Origin: Gammaproteobacteria bacterium
GTDB lineage: Bacteria; Pseudomonadota; Gammaproteobacteria; GCA-001735895
Length of the DNA stretch: 64,000 nucleotides
Direction of reading: 5' to 3'
NCBI GenBank assembly: GCA_024638385.1
Contig: JAHEKJ010000003.1
Coordinates: 9,402-73,401 of the forward strand
Below, piece after piece: positions 11,489 through 20,622 of this stretch (positions within the stretch are counted from its first letter, which is position 1; each line of letters begins with the position of its first letter). The position numbers were made by a program, and so were the translations under genes. A model generated the notes under the pieces. The model searched no databases, was not told where the DNA came from, and saw nothing but the letters and a program-made list of their open reading frames with translations.

Positions 11489-11507
11489 GTCGACCTGCGC
11501 GCTGGCC

Positions 11508-12065
11508 TCAAATCTCCATTAATTCCTTTTCCTTGTTCTGCAACAGCGTGTCGATTTCCTCGACCGCCTCGTCGGTGACCTTTTGCACGAGATCCTGGCC
11601 CCGATGCTCGTCGTCCTCGGAGATATCCTTGTCCCTGGCGAGGTCCTTCAAATCGTGGTTGGCGTCGCGGCGGATGTTGCGCACCGCGACGCGCGCATTT
11701 TCGGCCAGCTCGCGAACGACGCGCACCAGCTCCTTGCGCCGTTCCTCGGTCAGCGGCGGCATCGGCACGCGAATGACGTTGCCCGCGGTCGCCGGGTTGA
11801 GCCCCAGATCGGAGGTCAGAATGGCTTTTTCGATGATCGCGACCATCGACTTGTCCCACGGCGTGACCGCCAGCGTGCGCGCATCTTCGACCGTGATATT
11901 GGCCGCCTGACCGACCGGCACCTCGCTGCCGTAGTAGTCGACGTGGATGTGGTTGAGCAGGCTCGGGTGCGCCCGGCCGGTGCGGATCTTGGAAAGCTCG
12001 GCCTGAAACGCCTCGATACTCTTGTGCATCCGCGTGCGAGCGTCTTGCTTGATATCTTCGATCAT
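11508..12065 (-). CDS. frr: Ribosome recycling factor
   Basis: 185 aa, typical length. N-terminus [32 protein letters not shown]. 4-nt overlap with pyrH. Confidence 0.96.
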   Translation of the reverse strand: MIEDIKQDARTRMHKSIEAFQAELSKIRTGRAHPSLLNHIHVDYYGSEVPVGQAANITVEDARTLAVTPWDKSMVAIIEKAILTSDLGLNPATAGNVIRVPMPPLTEERRKELVRVVRELAENARVAVRNIRRDANHDLKDLARDKDISEDDEHRGQDLVQKVTDEAVEEIDTLLQNKEKELMEI

Positions 12066-12793
12066 CGTGTTACCTCTTTACAGGTGACCCGGGTGCCAAT
12101 GGCTTTGCCCCGCGCGAGATCCAGCAAGGCGCCCGACTGGTTGATGTCGCACACCACCAAGTCTAACCCGTTATCATTACATAAAATCATGGCCGCCACA
12201 TCCATGACCGCGAGCCGGCGATCGATGGCCTCGTCGAGATTCAGAAAGTCGAAGCGTTGCGCATCGGCATGCTTGAGCGGGTCCTTGTCGTAGATGCCGT
12301 CGACCCGCGTCGCCTTGATCATCAGGTCGGCCCCGATTTCGATCGCACGCAGGCTGGCGGCGGTATCGGTCGTAAAATAAGGGCTACCGGTACCCGCCGC
12401 GAAAATCAGGATTTCGCCGGCGGCGATCCGCCGGCGCGCGTCGCGCTGGGTATAGCGATCGCAGACCTGCGGCATATCGAGCCCTGACATGACCCCGGCG
12501 TTGGCACCCTGGCGGCTCAGGCTGTCGGCCAGCGCCAACGCGTTCATGACCGTCGCCAGCATGCCCATCTGGTCGCCGGTCACCCGGTCGAGTCCGTGCG
12601 CGGCGAGCCTGGCGCCGCGAAACAGGTTGCCGCCGCCGACGACGCAGCCGAGCTCGACGCCGGATTGCGAGAGCGACTGCAGCTCGGCGGCGAGCTGATC
12701 GAGCATCGCCGGATCGATGCCGTCCGCACGCTTGCCGAGCAAGGCCTCGCCGCTGAGCTTGACCAGGAGTCGTCGATACTTGAGTTTCGTCAT
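12062..12793 (-). CDS. pyrH: UMP kinase
   Basis: 243 aa. Amino-acid-kinase N-terminus [13 protein letters not shown]. Order tsf-pyrH-frr. Confidence 0.95.
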   Translation of the reverse strand: MTKLKYRRLLVKLSGEALLGKRADGIDPAMLDQLAAELQSLSQSGVELGCVVGGGNLFRGARLAAHGLDRVTGDQMGMLATVMNALALADSLSRQGANAGVMSGLDMPQVCDRYTQRDARRRIAAGEILIFAAGTGSPYFTTDTAASLRAIEIGADLMIKATRVDGIYDKDPLKHADAQRFDFLNLDEAIDRRLAVMDVAAMILCNDNGLDLVVCDINQSGALLDLARGKAIGTRVTCKEVTR

Positions 12794-12908
12794 GCGTCCC
12801 TCTGCTGCGTGACCGCCTCGATTGTTGCTGCAGGCCGGCCGAACGGCGCGAGTTTAGCCATTATCTGTTTGAAATTTAAGCACATTCTCGGATCATCGGA
12901 AAATCGGC

Positions 12909-12935
12909 AAAAAAAAGGCCGCGAGTTTCGCGGCC
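12909..12935 (-). terminator. Rho-independent terminator after tsf
   Basis: On the minus strand a GGCCGCG-AAACT-CGCGGCC hairpin is followed by eight T residues. It begins 8 nt downstream of the tsf stop codon. Confidence 0.8.
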
Positions 12936-12942
12936 CAGGCGA

Positions 12943-13815
12943 TCAGGATTCGAGCTGCGACGCCACTTCGGCGGCAAAATCCTCGACCTTCTTGTCGATG
13001 CCCTCGCCGACCTCGTAACGCACGTAGCGATTGACTCTCGCACCGGCCGCGGCCAGCAGCTTGCCGACGGTCCGGTCGGGGTCCTTGACGAACGGCTGCC
13101 CGAGCAGCGTAATCTCGCCGAGAAACTTGTTCAGTCGCCCTTCGATCATCTTTTCGACGATTTCCGGCGGCTTGCCGCTGGACTCGGCCTGGGCGACGAG
13201 GATCGACTTTTCCTTGTCGACGAACTCGGCCGGAATCGCGTCCCGGTCGACGAATTGCGGATTGGACGCGGCGATGTGCATCGCGATATCGCGCGCGAGC
13301 TCGGCCTCGGCGTCGCTGTCGACGAGTACGCCGATACGCGCGCCGTGGAGATAGCTGGCGATCGCGGAGTCCGCCTCGACGATCTCGAAGCGTCGCACCT
13401 GGATGTTTTCACCGACCTTGCCGATCAGGGCCTGGCGCGCCGCCTCGACGTTCTGGCCGTCGGCCATCGACAGTGCCAGCAACGCTTCGACCGAATCCGG
13501 GCGCTCGTCGAGCAATAGCGCGACGGCCGCGTCGGCAAAGGCCTGGAAGTTATCGTCCTTGGCGACGAAGTCGGTCTCGGAATTGATTTCGAGTATTGCC
13601 GCGATCTTGCCGTCAGCGCTGACGCTGACCTTGATGGCGCCGTCGGCGGCGACCCGGCCGGCCTTCTTGTCGGCCTTGGCGGCGCCGGATTTGCGCATCA
13701 GCTCGGCCGCGGCCTCGATGTCGCCTTCGGTTTCCTGGAGCGCCTTCTTGCACTCCATCATGCCGGCGCCGGTGCGTTCGCGCAGTTCCTTGACTAATGC
13801 TGCTGTGATTGACAC
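12943..13815 (-). CDS. tsf: Translation elongation factor Ts
   Basis: 290 aa. N-terminus [26 protein letters not shown]. Lies downstream of rpsB. Confidence 0.96.
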   Translation of the reverse strand: MSITAALVKELRERTGAGMMECKKALQETEGDIEAAAELMRKSGAAKADKKAGRVAADGAIKVSVSADGKIAAILEINSETDFVAKDDNFQAFADAAVALLLDERPDSVEALLALSMADGQNVEAARQALIGKVGENIQVRRFEIVEADSAIASYLHGARIGVLVDSDAEAELARDIAMHIAASNPQFVDRDAIPAEFVDKEKSILVAQAESSGKPPEIVEKMIEGRLNKFLGEITLLGQPFVKDPDRTVGKLLAAAGARVNRYVRYEVGEGIDKKVEDFAAEVASQLES

Positions 13816-13858
13816 TTCGATACCTCAGTGTTTGTCCGCCAGCCGCGGCGGAACCCGG

Positions 13859-15331
13859 TTAATCCTTGGCCGCGGCCTTCTTGGTCGCGGCTTTCTTGGT
13901 CGCGGCCTTCTTGGTCGCGGCCTTCTTGGTCGCGGCCTTCTTGGTCGTCGCCTTCTTGGTGGCGGCTTTCTTGGTCGCGGCCTTCTTGGTGGCGGCCTTC
14001 TTGGTGGCGGCCTTCTTGGTGGCGACCTTCTTGACCGCAGCCTTCTTCGGCGTCGCCTCGGCGTCCGCGTCGGCGGATATCGCCGCCGCGGCCTCGGACT
14101 CGGTCTCCGGCTCGGCTTTGGTCTCCGGCTCGGCTTTGGCCTCCGGCTCGGGTTTGGCCTCCGGCTCGGCTTTGGCCTCCGGCTCGGCTTTGGCCTCCGG
14201 CTCGGCTTTGGCCTCCGGCTCGGCCCTGGTCTCCGGCTCGGCTTTGGCCTCCGGCTCGGCTTTGGCCTCCGGCTCGGCCCTGGTCTCCGGCTCGGCCCTG
14301 GTCTCCGGCTCGGCCCTGGACTCCGGCTCGGCTTCGGTGCCGATCTCGATCTCGGCTTCGCTCACGGTTTTGGCCTCAGTTTCGGCCTCGACTTGCGCCT
14401 CGGGCTCCACTTTCGGTGACTCCGTGACGGGCTCCGCCGCGCTCGCGGCCGCGGAACCGGCGTCGACATCGTCCCCGATCGCGGCTTCGAGTTCGGCCTC
14501 GGCGACCGCCGCGGCGGGATCGATGGCCTCGCTCTTGGCCGCGCCGGTCGTCGGCACCTTGCTGCTGATCTTGACCGCCGGCGCGGCCTCGACCTCGGCG
14601 TCGCTGTCGACCTCGATCAGCTCGTCATCGCCGTCGGCGCCGGCGACGATGCTCTGCTTGCCCTCCAGAATCGCATCGGCGGCGAGGCGCGCGTACAGCC
14701 GAATCGCGCGCATCGAGTCGTCGTTGCCCGGAATGATGTACTCGATTTCGTCCGGCGAATTATTGGTGTCGACGACGCCGACGACCGGGATGCCGAGCTT
14801 GGCCGCCTCCTGCACCGCGATCTTTTCGTAACCGACGTCGATGACGAACAGCGCTTCGGGCAGGCCACCCATGTCCTTGATGCCGCCGAGCGTCCTGTCG
14901 AGCTTTTCCTGCTCGCGCGACAGTTGCAGGATTTCCTTCTTGCTGATTTTCTCGTAGGAATTGCTCTCGGCCATTTCCTCGAGCTCCTTCAGGCGCTTGA
15001 TCGACGCGCGCACGGTGCGGAAATTGGTCAGCATGCCGCCCAGCCAGCGGTGGTTGACGAAAGGCATGCCACAGCGTTCGGCTTCCTCGCGGAGCGCATC
15101 GCTGGCGGCGCGCTTGGTGCCGACGAACAGGATCTTGCCCTTTTTCGACGCGACCTTGCCGAGGTAGTTGGTCGCATCCTTGCACAGCGGCAGGGTATGC
15201 TCGAGGTTGATGATGTGGATCTTGTTGCGTTCGCCGAAAATGAACGGTGCCATCTTCGGATTCCAGAAACGGGTCTGGTGACCGAAATGCACGCCCGCTT
15301 CCAACATTTCACGCATCGTGAAGTTAGACAT
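13859..15331 (-). CDS. rpsB: 30S ribosomal protein S2 with a roughly 250-aa repetitive C-terminal extension
   Basis: 490 aa. The first ~230 aa are canonical S2 ([27 protein letters not shown]...). They are followed in frame by an acidic D/E/A stretch, [12 protein letters not shown] hexapeptide repeats and KKAAT pentapeptide repeats. Confidence 0.93.
   Translation of the reverse strand: MSNFTMREMLEAGVHFGHQTRFWNPKMAPFIFGERNKIHIINLEHTLPLCKDATNYLGKVASKKGKILFVGTKRAASDALREEAERCGMPFVNHRWLGGMLTNFRTVRASIKRLKELEEMAESNSYEKISKKEILQLSREQEKLDRTLGGIKDMGGLPEALFVIDVGYEKIAVQEAAKLGIPVVGVVDTNNSPDEIEYIIPGNDDSMRAIRLYARLAADAILEGKQSIVAGADGDDELIEVDSDAEVEAAPAVKISSKVPTTGAAKSEAIDPAAAVAEAELEAAIGDDVDAGSAAASAAEPVTESPKVEPEAQVEAETEAKTVSEAEIEIGTEAEPESRAEPETRAEPETRAEPEAKAEPEAKAEPETRAEPEAKAEPEAKAEPEAKAEPEAKPEPEAKAEPETKAEPETESEAAAAISADADAEATPKKAAVKKVATKKAATKKAATKKAATKKAATKKATTKKAATKKAATKKAATKKAATKKAAAKD
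13868..14050 (-). repeat. 15-nt in-frame tandem repeat encoding (KKAAT)n
   Basis: About 11-12 near-identical copies of GGCCTTCTTGGTCGC on the plus strand. They lie inside the 3' end of rpsB. Confidence 0.9.
14097..14337 (-). repeat. 18-nt in-frame tandem repeat encoding ([12 protein letters not shown])n
   Basis: About 13 copies of CTCCGGCTCGGCTTTGGC or the variant CTCCGGCTCGGCCCTGGT on the plus strand, inside rpsB. Confidence 0.9.
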
Positions 15332-15571
15332 GTTTGCTCCAGATGTCAGCTGGCCGGGATTTCACCGACCGGGGTTAAGCCTCCACATGCCCGCCGCTCA
15401 CGACCCGCTCACTGGTATCACGGGCACCCATGAGGGCGTTGTCGACATGTGTGTGTCGTTTAATTTACCGCCGGCCGGCGCGATCCGGAAGAATCCGGAC
15501 CCCGCGGTTGCCGAGGGCGCGCGCTTTATAACATAATCGCCTATTCGCAACAACCGGCCGACGACAGAAAT

Positions 15572-16339
15572 ATGGGCGTGACGATCAAGACCGCGGACGA
15601 AATCGAGAAAATGCGCGTTGCCGGCCGGCTCGCGGCCGACGTACTGCGCATGATCGAGCCGCACGTCGAGCCCGGGATCACGACCGAGGCGCTCGATCGC
15701 GTCTGCCACGACTACATGGTCGACGAACTCGACGTCATCCCGGCGCCGCTGAATTACCGGGGTTTTCCGAAATCGATCTGCACCTCGGTCAACCACGTCG
15801 TCTGCCACGGCATCCCGAGCGACAAGAAGCTCAAGCACGGCGATATCATCAACATCGACATCACCGTAATCAAGGACGGCTACCACGGCGATACCAGCCG
15901 CATGTTCCAGGTCGGCAAACCCACCGTGCAAGGCGAACGCATCAGCCGCATCGCCTACGAATGCATGAAGATCGGCATCGAGATGATCCGCCCCGGCATA
16001 CGCCTCGGCGATATCGGCCACGCGATCCAGAGCCACGCCGAACGCAATAACTGCTCGATCGTGCGCGAATACTGCGGACACGGCATCGGCAAGGTATTCC
16101 ACGAAGATCCGCAGGTGTTGCACTACGGCAAGCCGGGGACCGGCCTGCTGCTCGAGCCGGGCATGACCTTCACGGTCGAACCGATGGTCAACCTCGGCCG
16201 GCGACACGTCAAGCTGCTGCCCGACGACTGGACCGTCGTGACCAAGGACCACAGCCTGTCGGCGCAGTGGGAGCACACCAATCTCGTCACCGACGACGGC
16301 TTCGAAGTGCTGACGCTGCATCCCGATTACGGGTTCTGA
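15572..16339 (+). CDS. map: Type I methionine aminopeptidase
   Basis: 255 aa. Pita-bread fold motifs (DIINIDITV, YCGHGIGKVFHE, FTVEPM). Divergent from rpsB, as in many Gammaproteobacteria. Confidence 0.95.
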   Translation: MGVTIKTADEIEKMRVAGRLAADVLRMIEPHVEPGITTEALDRVCHDYMVDELDVIPAPLNYRGFPKSICTSVNHVVCHGIPSDKKLKHGDIINIDITVIKDGYHGDTSRMFQVGKPTVQGERISRIAYECMKIGIEMIRPGIRLGDIGHAIQSHAERNNCSIVREYCGHGIGKVFHEDPQVLHYGKPGTGLLLEPGMTFTVEPMVNLGRRHVKLLPDDWTVVTKDHSLSAQWEHTNLVTDDGFEVLTLHPDYGF

Positions 16340-16340
16340 C

Positions 16341-19010
16341 GTGAGCCCGCTCGACCTGATCGACGCGGCACTCGAGCGAGCGGGCGACAACGAAACGCTG
16401 CGGGCGGCGCCGCTGGCGGCCGCGCTCGAGCAGGCGCGGCAGCAGATTTATCGCGAATTCGACGACGGCGCCGACACCGCCGCCCTGGTACACGCCGGCG
16501 CCGAGGTTATCGACCGCCTGTTGCGCTTCTGCTTCGGCCATTACTTCGGCGGCGCGGCCGCCCGCGGCCCGACCGAGCGCGGACCCGCCCTGCTCGCCGT
16601 CGGCGGCTACGGCCGACGCGAAATCCTCCCCGGCTCCGACATCGACATGATGATCCTGCTCGACAAGAAGGCCAATCGCGAACTCGAGCAGCGGATATCG
16701 GAATTTCTGACGCTGCTGTGGGACATCGGTCTCGAGGTCGGGCACAGCGTGCGCAGCGTGCGCGATTGCGTCGCCCAGGGCAAGGCCGACGTGACCGTCA
16801 TGACCAACATGATCGAGTCCCGCCTGGTCGACGGCAACGCCAGGCTCTACGCGAAGTTCGAGCAGGCGATCTCGCCGCGCAAGCTGTGGTCGTCGCGCCA
16901 GTTCTTCGAAGCCAAGCTCGACGAGCAACGCGCCCGTCACCAGCGCTTCAACGACACGGCGTACAATCTCGAGCCCAATATCAAGGAGGGTCCCGGCGGC
17001 CTGCGCGACATCCAGATCATCGGCTGGGTCGCGAAACGCCACTACGGCGCCGGCTCGTTTCACGAACTGGTCGAGCACGGCTTTCTGACCGAAGCCGAGT
17101 ACGAACGTCTCGACGCCGGTCAAAAACACCTGTGGCGGGTGCGCTTCGCGCTGCACCGCATCGCCGGTCGCCGCGAGGACCGATTGCTGTTCGACTACCA
17201 GAACAAGATCGCCGAGGCTTTCGGTTACGTCAGCGGCGAACACAACCTGGCGATCGAGCAGTTCATGCAGCAGTACTACCGTACGATCATGGACCTCGAA
17301 CGCCTGAGCGAGATGCTGCTGCAAATCTTCAGGGAAGAGATCCTGCTGTCCGGCTCGAAACACAAGATCACGCCGCTCAACGAGCGTTTTCGCCTGCGTA
17401 ACGATTTCATCGAGGTGGCGCATCCCGACGTGTTCAGGCAGCACCCGCCGGCGCTGGTCGAGCTGTTTCTGCTGATCTCGCTCAATGAACGCTGCGAGGG
17501 CGTCACCGCGGCGACGATTCGGCTGGTGCGCGAACACCTCTATCTCGTCGACGACGAGTTCCGCGGCAACGACGAGGTGACCCGGCTGTTCATGCAGCTG
17601 ATGAGCGCGCCCAGCGGCATGACCCACCAGATGCGGCGAATGAATTCCTACGGCTTCCTCGCCGCCTACATCCCGGCCTTCGGCAAGATAACCGGGCGCA
17701 TGCAATACGATTTGTTCCATGCCTACACCGTCGACCAGCATACGATCTTCGTGATCCGCAACCTGCGTCGCTTCGCGCTGAAAAAACACGAGGACGAGTT
17801 TCCGTTCTGCAACTACGTCTACAGCAAGCTCGAGAACCCGACCCTGCTCTACATCGCCGCGCTGTTTCACGACATCGCCAAGGGCCGCGGCGGCGACCAC
17901 TCGGTGCTCGGCGCCGAGGAAGCCACCCGTTTCTGCGTGCAGCACAAGCTCAATCGCAAGGAAACCCGCGTCGTTTCGCAGCTCGTGCGCGATCACCTGC
18001 TGATGTCGGTGACCGCGCAGCGCAAGGACATCAGCGACCCCGACGTGGTGCGCGAATTCGCGCGCCAGATCGGCAGCATGAACATGTTGAATTACCTCTA
18101 CCTGCTGACCGTGGCCGACATTCGCAGCACCAACCCGAAGCTCTGGAACAACTGGAAGGACGCCCTGCTCAAGCAGCTCTACCAGGCGACCAAGAAGGTC
18201 ATTCGCCGCGGCATCGAGCACGCCCCCGACATCGACGAAATCATCCAGGAAAACCGCGACGCGGCGATGGAGGCGATGAGCGACCTGCCCTATACGGCCG
18301 AGCAAATCAATTCGGTTTGCGAGCGGCTGCCCGGCGACTACTTCCTGCGCCACCACCCGCTCGAAATCCGCTGGCACGTCGACCAGATCCTGAGCCATCC
18401 GGACGAGTCGATCCTCGTCAGCGTGCGCCAGGCCCGCCAAACCAAGAATACCAAGCTGTTCGTCTACGCCGACGAGGTCGCACACGCATTCTCGCAGGTC
18501 ACCGGTACGCTCGGCGCGCTCGGCCTGTCGATTCTGAACGCGGAAATCTTCACCACCAGCGACGGCAAGATCATGGATACCTTCATCATCCAGGATCAGA
18601 ACGGCCAGCCGGTCACGGACCCGGAACTGATTACCCAGATCCGGCAACAACTGCTCGTCGCGCTGCGCTCGGACTCGATCTACGAAGGCGAGTACCACGT
18701 GCGACAGCCGCGCCACCTCAAGGCCTTCGATCACCCGACCGAGGTCCAGTTCGAGCAGGATTATCTCAACAGCCGCACGGTCATGGAGATCAGCGCGCTC
18801 GACATGCCCGGACTGCTGTCGATCATTGCGAACGTCATCGCCGGGATGGACATCGACATCACCCATGCCAAGATTTCGACGCTCGGCGAAAAAATCGACG
18901 ACATCTTTTACCTGACGACGGTCGACGGCAAGGCCATCACCGATCCCGCGGTGCTCGATCGGCTGGCGCAAGACCTGAAACAGGCGCTCGATGCGCGCAG
19001 GGCGGCCTGA
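16341..19010 (+). CDS. glnD: Bifunctional [protein-PII] uridylyltransferase/uridylyl-removing enzyme
   Basis: 889 aa. Nucleotidyltransferase motif GGYGRREILPGSDIDMMIL, HD domain FHDIAKGRGGDH, ACT-like C-terminal repeats. GTG start lies 1 nt after the map stop. Confidence 0.94.
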   Translation: MSPLDLIDAALERAGDNETLRAAPLAAALEQARQQIYREFDDGADTAALVHAGAEVIDRLLRFCFGHYFGGAAARGPTERGPALLAVGGYGRREILPGSDIDMMILLDKKANRELEQRISEFLTLLWDIGLEVGHSVRSVRDCVAQGKADVTVMTNMIESRLVDGNARLYAKFEQAISPRKLWSSRQFFEAKLDEQRARHQRFNDTAYNLEPNIKEGPGGLRDIQIIGWVAKRHYGAGSFHELVEHGFLTEAEYERLDAGQKHLWRVRFALHRIAGRREDRLLFDYQNKIAEAFGYVSGEHNLAIEQFMQQYYRTIMDLERLSEMLLQIFREEILLSGSKHKITPLNERFRLRNDFIEVAHPDVFRQHPPALVELFLLISLNERCEGVTAATIRLVREHLYLVDDEFRGNDEVTRLFMQLMSAPSGMTHQMRRMNSYGFLAAYIPAFGKITGRMQYDLFHAYTVDQHTIFVIRNLRRFALKKHEDEFPFCNYVYSKLENPTLLYIAALFHDIAKGRGGDHSVLGAEEATRFCVQHKLNRKETRVVSQLVRDHLLMSVTAQRKDISDPDVVREFARQIGSMNMLNYLYLLTVADIRSTNPKLWNNWKDALLKQLYQATKKVIRRGIEHAPDIDEIIQENRDAAMEAMSDLPYTAEQINSVCERLPGDYFLRHHPLEIRWHVDQILSHPDESILVSVRQARQTKNTKLFVYADEVAHAFSQVTGTLGALGLSILNAEIFTTSDGKIMDTFIIQDQNGQPVTDPELITQIRQQLLVALRSDSIYEGEYHVRQPRHLKAFDHPTEVQFEQDYLNSRTVMEISALDMPGLLSIIANVIAGMDIDITHAKISTLGEKIDDIFYLTTVDGKAITDPAVLDRLAQDLKQALDARRAA

Positions 19011-19023
19011 ACTGCGGACCGGC

Positions 19024-20601
19024 ATGGACGGCGTACCGGGCAAACCCTTCGATCAGGCCAGCGACGGCGAAAACAATGCGGTCTTGTTCGACGTCGGCTA
19101 CCCGCTGCGTCGCGGTCTCGACGCGGCGATACGCGAACTGCGCGATCGCTACGGCGATGCCTTGCGCCTGCTGCCGATGGCGGGCACGTCGGGAGCCGGC
19201 GGCATTTTCCAGGTGCCGAAACCGCCCGGCAGCACCGTCGTCGCGCTGCGCCTCGACGCACCTCCGACGCCCCGCGTGCGTGTCGGCGAGGTCCCGGATC
19301 CGGCCGCGCTCGAGCTCGACGAAATCGTCATCGACGAGTCCCGGCAAGCGGTGGGGGCCGGCGCCGCGATTACCCTCGATCAACTGAGCCGCGCACTCGA
19401 GGACCGGCTCGGACCCGGCCATCGCGTGCCCGGCGCCGACCTGACCAGCTACCAGTACGCCGCGGTCGGCGCGACCTTCATGACCGGCGGCATGGGGCCG
19501 CAGCGACGCTATTTCAGCGACAGCGTCGACGCGATCGCGCTACACGACGGCGAGAGTCTTGCGACGATCGACGGCGACGCGCTTGCCGATTTCGCCGGCA
19601 CCTACGGCTGGAGCGGCATGGTTAGCGCGCTGCGTTGTCGCTATTTTCACTTCCCCGCCAACGAGATTTCGTTCGCGCTGCCGGTCGACGACGCGCCGGA
19701 CAGCCTCGCGCGCCTGCTGGCGCATCTCGCCGCGCACGCGTGGCTGGAGTTCGGCGGCGATGTGGTCGGCTCGGCGGCCGGCGACGGCGCGCTGATTCTC
19801 GGTCTCGAACACGTCAGCCGCGCGTCGATGCGGCCGCTGCTCGACGTCGCCGATAGCAACCCGGCCGGGCCTCGCGCGCGCGACCTCGCGCACAAGATCG
19901 AGGCCGCCGGCGCCGCCGGACTGATTTTCGTCAGCGGGCTGACCGACGGTTCGATCGACGAGTTTCTTGGCGCCCTGCTCGACGACGCCGCCGGCGAGAG
20001 CTTTACGCTGGCCGGAATCGATCTCGAGCACGCCGAGATCTTCGGCGATCCGGATGAAATGCGCTCGGTGCGCGAGGCGATTCCGTATGCCGCGCGCATG
20101 CAGCGGCCGACCGGCCGGCACGTATACAAGAACCATACCGACGCCGATATTCGCCTGCCGCCGGGCGGCGTAGAGGCCGCGATGACGCGACTGTGGCAAA
20201 TCAATCGCGAATACGTCGCCGCGGTCGACGCCTATTACCGCGAGCAAGCCGACATCGGCGGCGAAATCCTGGTTTACGGCCACCTCAACCCGTTCGGCGT
20301 CGATCCGCACAACCGCGTGACTATGAGCGCCGACGACCCCGACCGCTTCGCCGCCGCGCGCGATTACCTCATCGCACGGCGCGCGGACTACTATCGCGCG
20401 CTGGCCGAACTCTGCGTCGACAGCGACGCGGTTTTCGTCGGCGGCGAGAAAACCGCCGACTCGGAGCTCGGCATCTACCGGGCGCTGGGCGGCCCCGACA
20501 ACGCGCCGCCGGCGCTGCGCGAGCGTTTTCGGCGCCAGCGCGAACGGATTCGGGCGGCTGCGCCGCTGTTCAACTGGCGTGCACCCGAACCTTTCGTCTA
20601 G
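19024..20601 (+). CDS. Divergent FAD-linked oxidase-like protein (FAD_binding_4-like N-terminal half)
   Basis: ORF 18991..20601. I trimmed the start to ATG 19024, 13 nt after the glnD stop. The segment order resembles FAD-linked oxidases: LRLLPMAGTSGAGG, IVIDESRQAVGAGAAITLDQL, AAVGATFMTGGMGPQRRYFSDSVDAIALHDGE, GTYGWSGMVSAL, and C-terminal VYGHLNPFG. The family call rests on remembered motif patterns only. Confidence 0.5.
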   Translation: MDGVPGKPFDQASDGENNAVLFDVGYPLRRGLDAAIRELRDRYGDALRLLPMAGTSGAGGIFQVPKPPGSTVVALRLDAPPTPRVRVGEVPDPAALELDEIVIDESRQAVGAGAAITLDQLSRALEDRLGPGHRVPGADLTSYQYAAVGATFMTGGMGPQRRYFSDSVDAIALHDGESLATIDGDALADFAGTYGWSGMVSALRCRYFHFPANEISFALPVDDAPDSLARLLAHLAAHAWLEFGGDVVGSAAGDGALILGLEHVSRASMRPLLDVADSNPAGPRARDLAHKIEAAGAAGLIFVSGLTDGSIDEFLGALLDDAAGESFTLAGIDLEHAEIFGDPDEMRSVREAIPYAARMQRPTGRHVYKNHTDADIRLPPGGVEAAMTRLWQINREYVAAVDAYYREQADIGGEILVYGHLNPFGVDPHNRVTMSADDPDRFAAARDYLIARRADYYRALAELCVDSDAVFVGGEKTADSELGIYRALGGPDNAPPALRERFRRQRERIRAAAPLFNWRAPEPFV

Positions 20602-20622
20602 GTAGCGAGGCGCGTTACTCGG

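Noticed and set aside
13868-14337. Regularly spaced short DNA repeats that could be mistaken for a CRISPR array.
   Set aside because: The periods are 15 and 18 nt, with no unique spacers between copies. The repeats lie entirely in frame inside rpsB, and no cas genes are present.
13403-14419. 338-aa plus-strand ORF with striking [11 protein letters not shown] repeats.
   Set aside because: It is the antisense reading of the in-frame rpsB tandem repeats. The minus-strand frame is continuous with a canonical S2 N-terminus.
16287-19043. 918-aa minus-strand ORF antisense to glnD. Similar long antisense or alternative-frame ORFs occur at 60740..63142, 54346..55893, 3640..5037, 6034..7398, 8968..10161, 23312..25243, 42010..43209, 58948..60498 and 112..1113.
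   Set aside because: Their translations are Arg/Ala/Gly/Asp-rich with no recognisable motifs. They lie exactly opposite or out of frame to strongly recognisable genes. Long stop-free shadow frames are expected in high-GC DNA.
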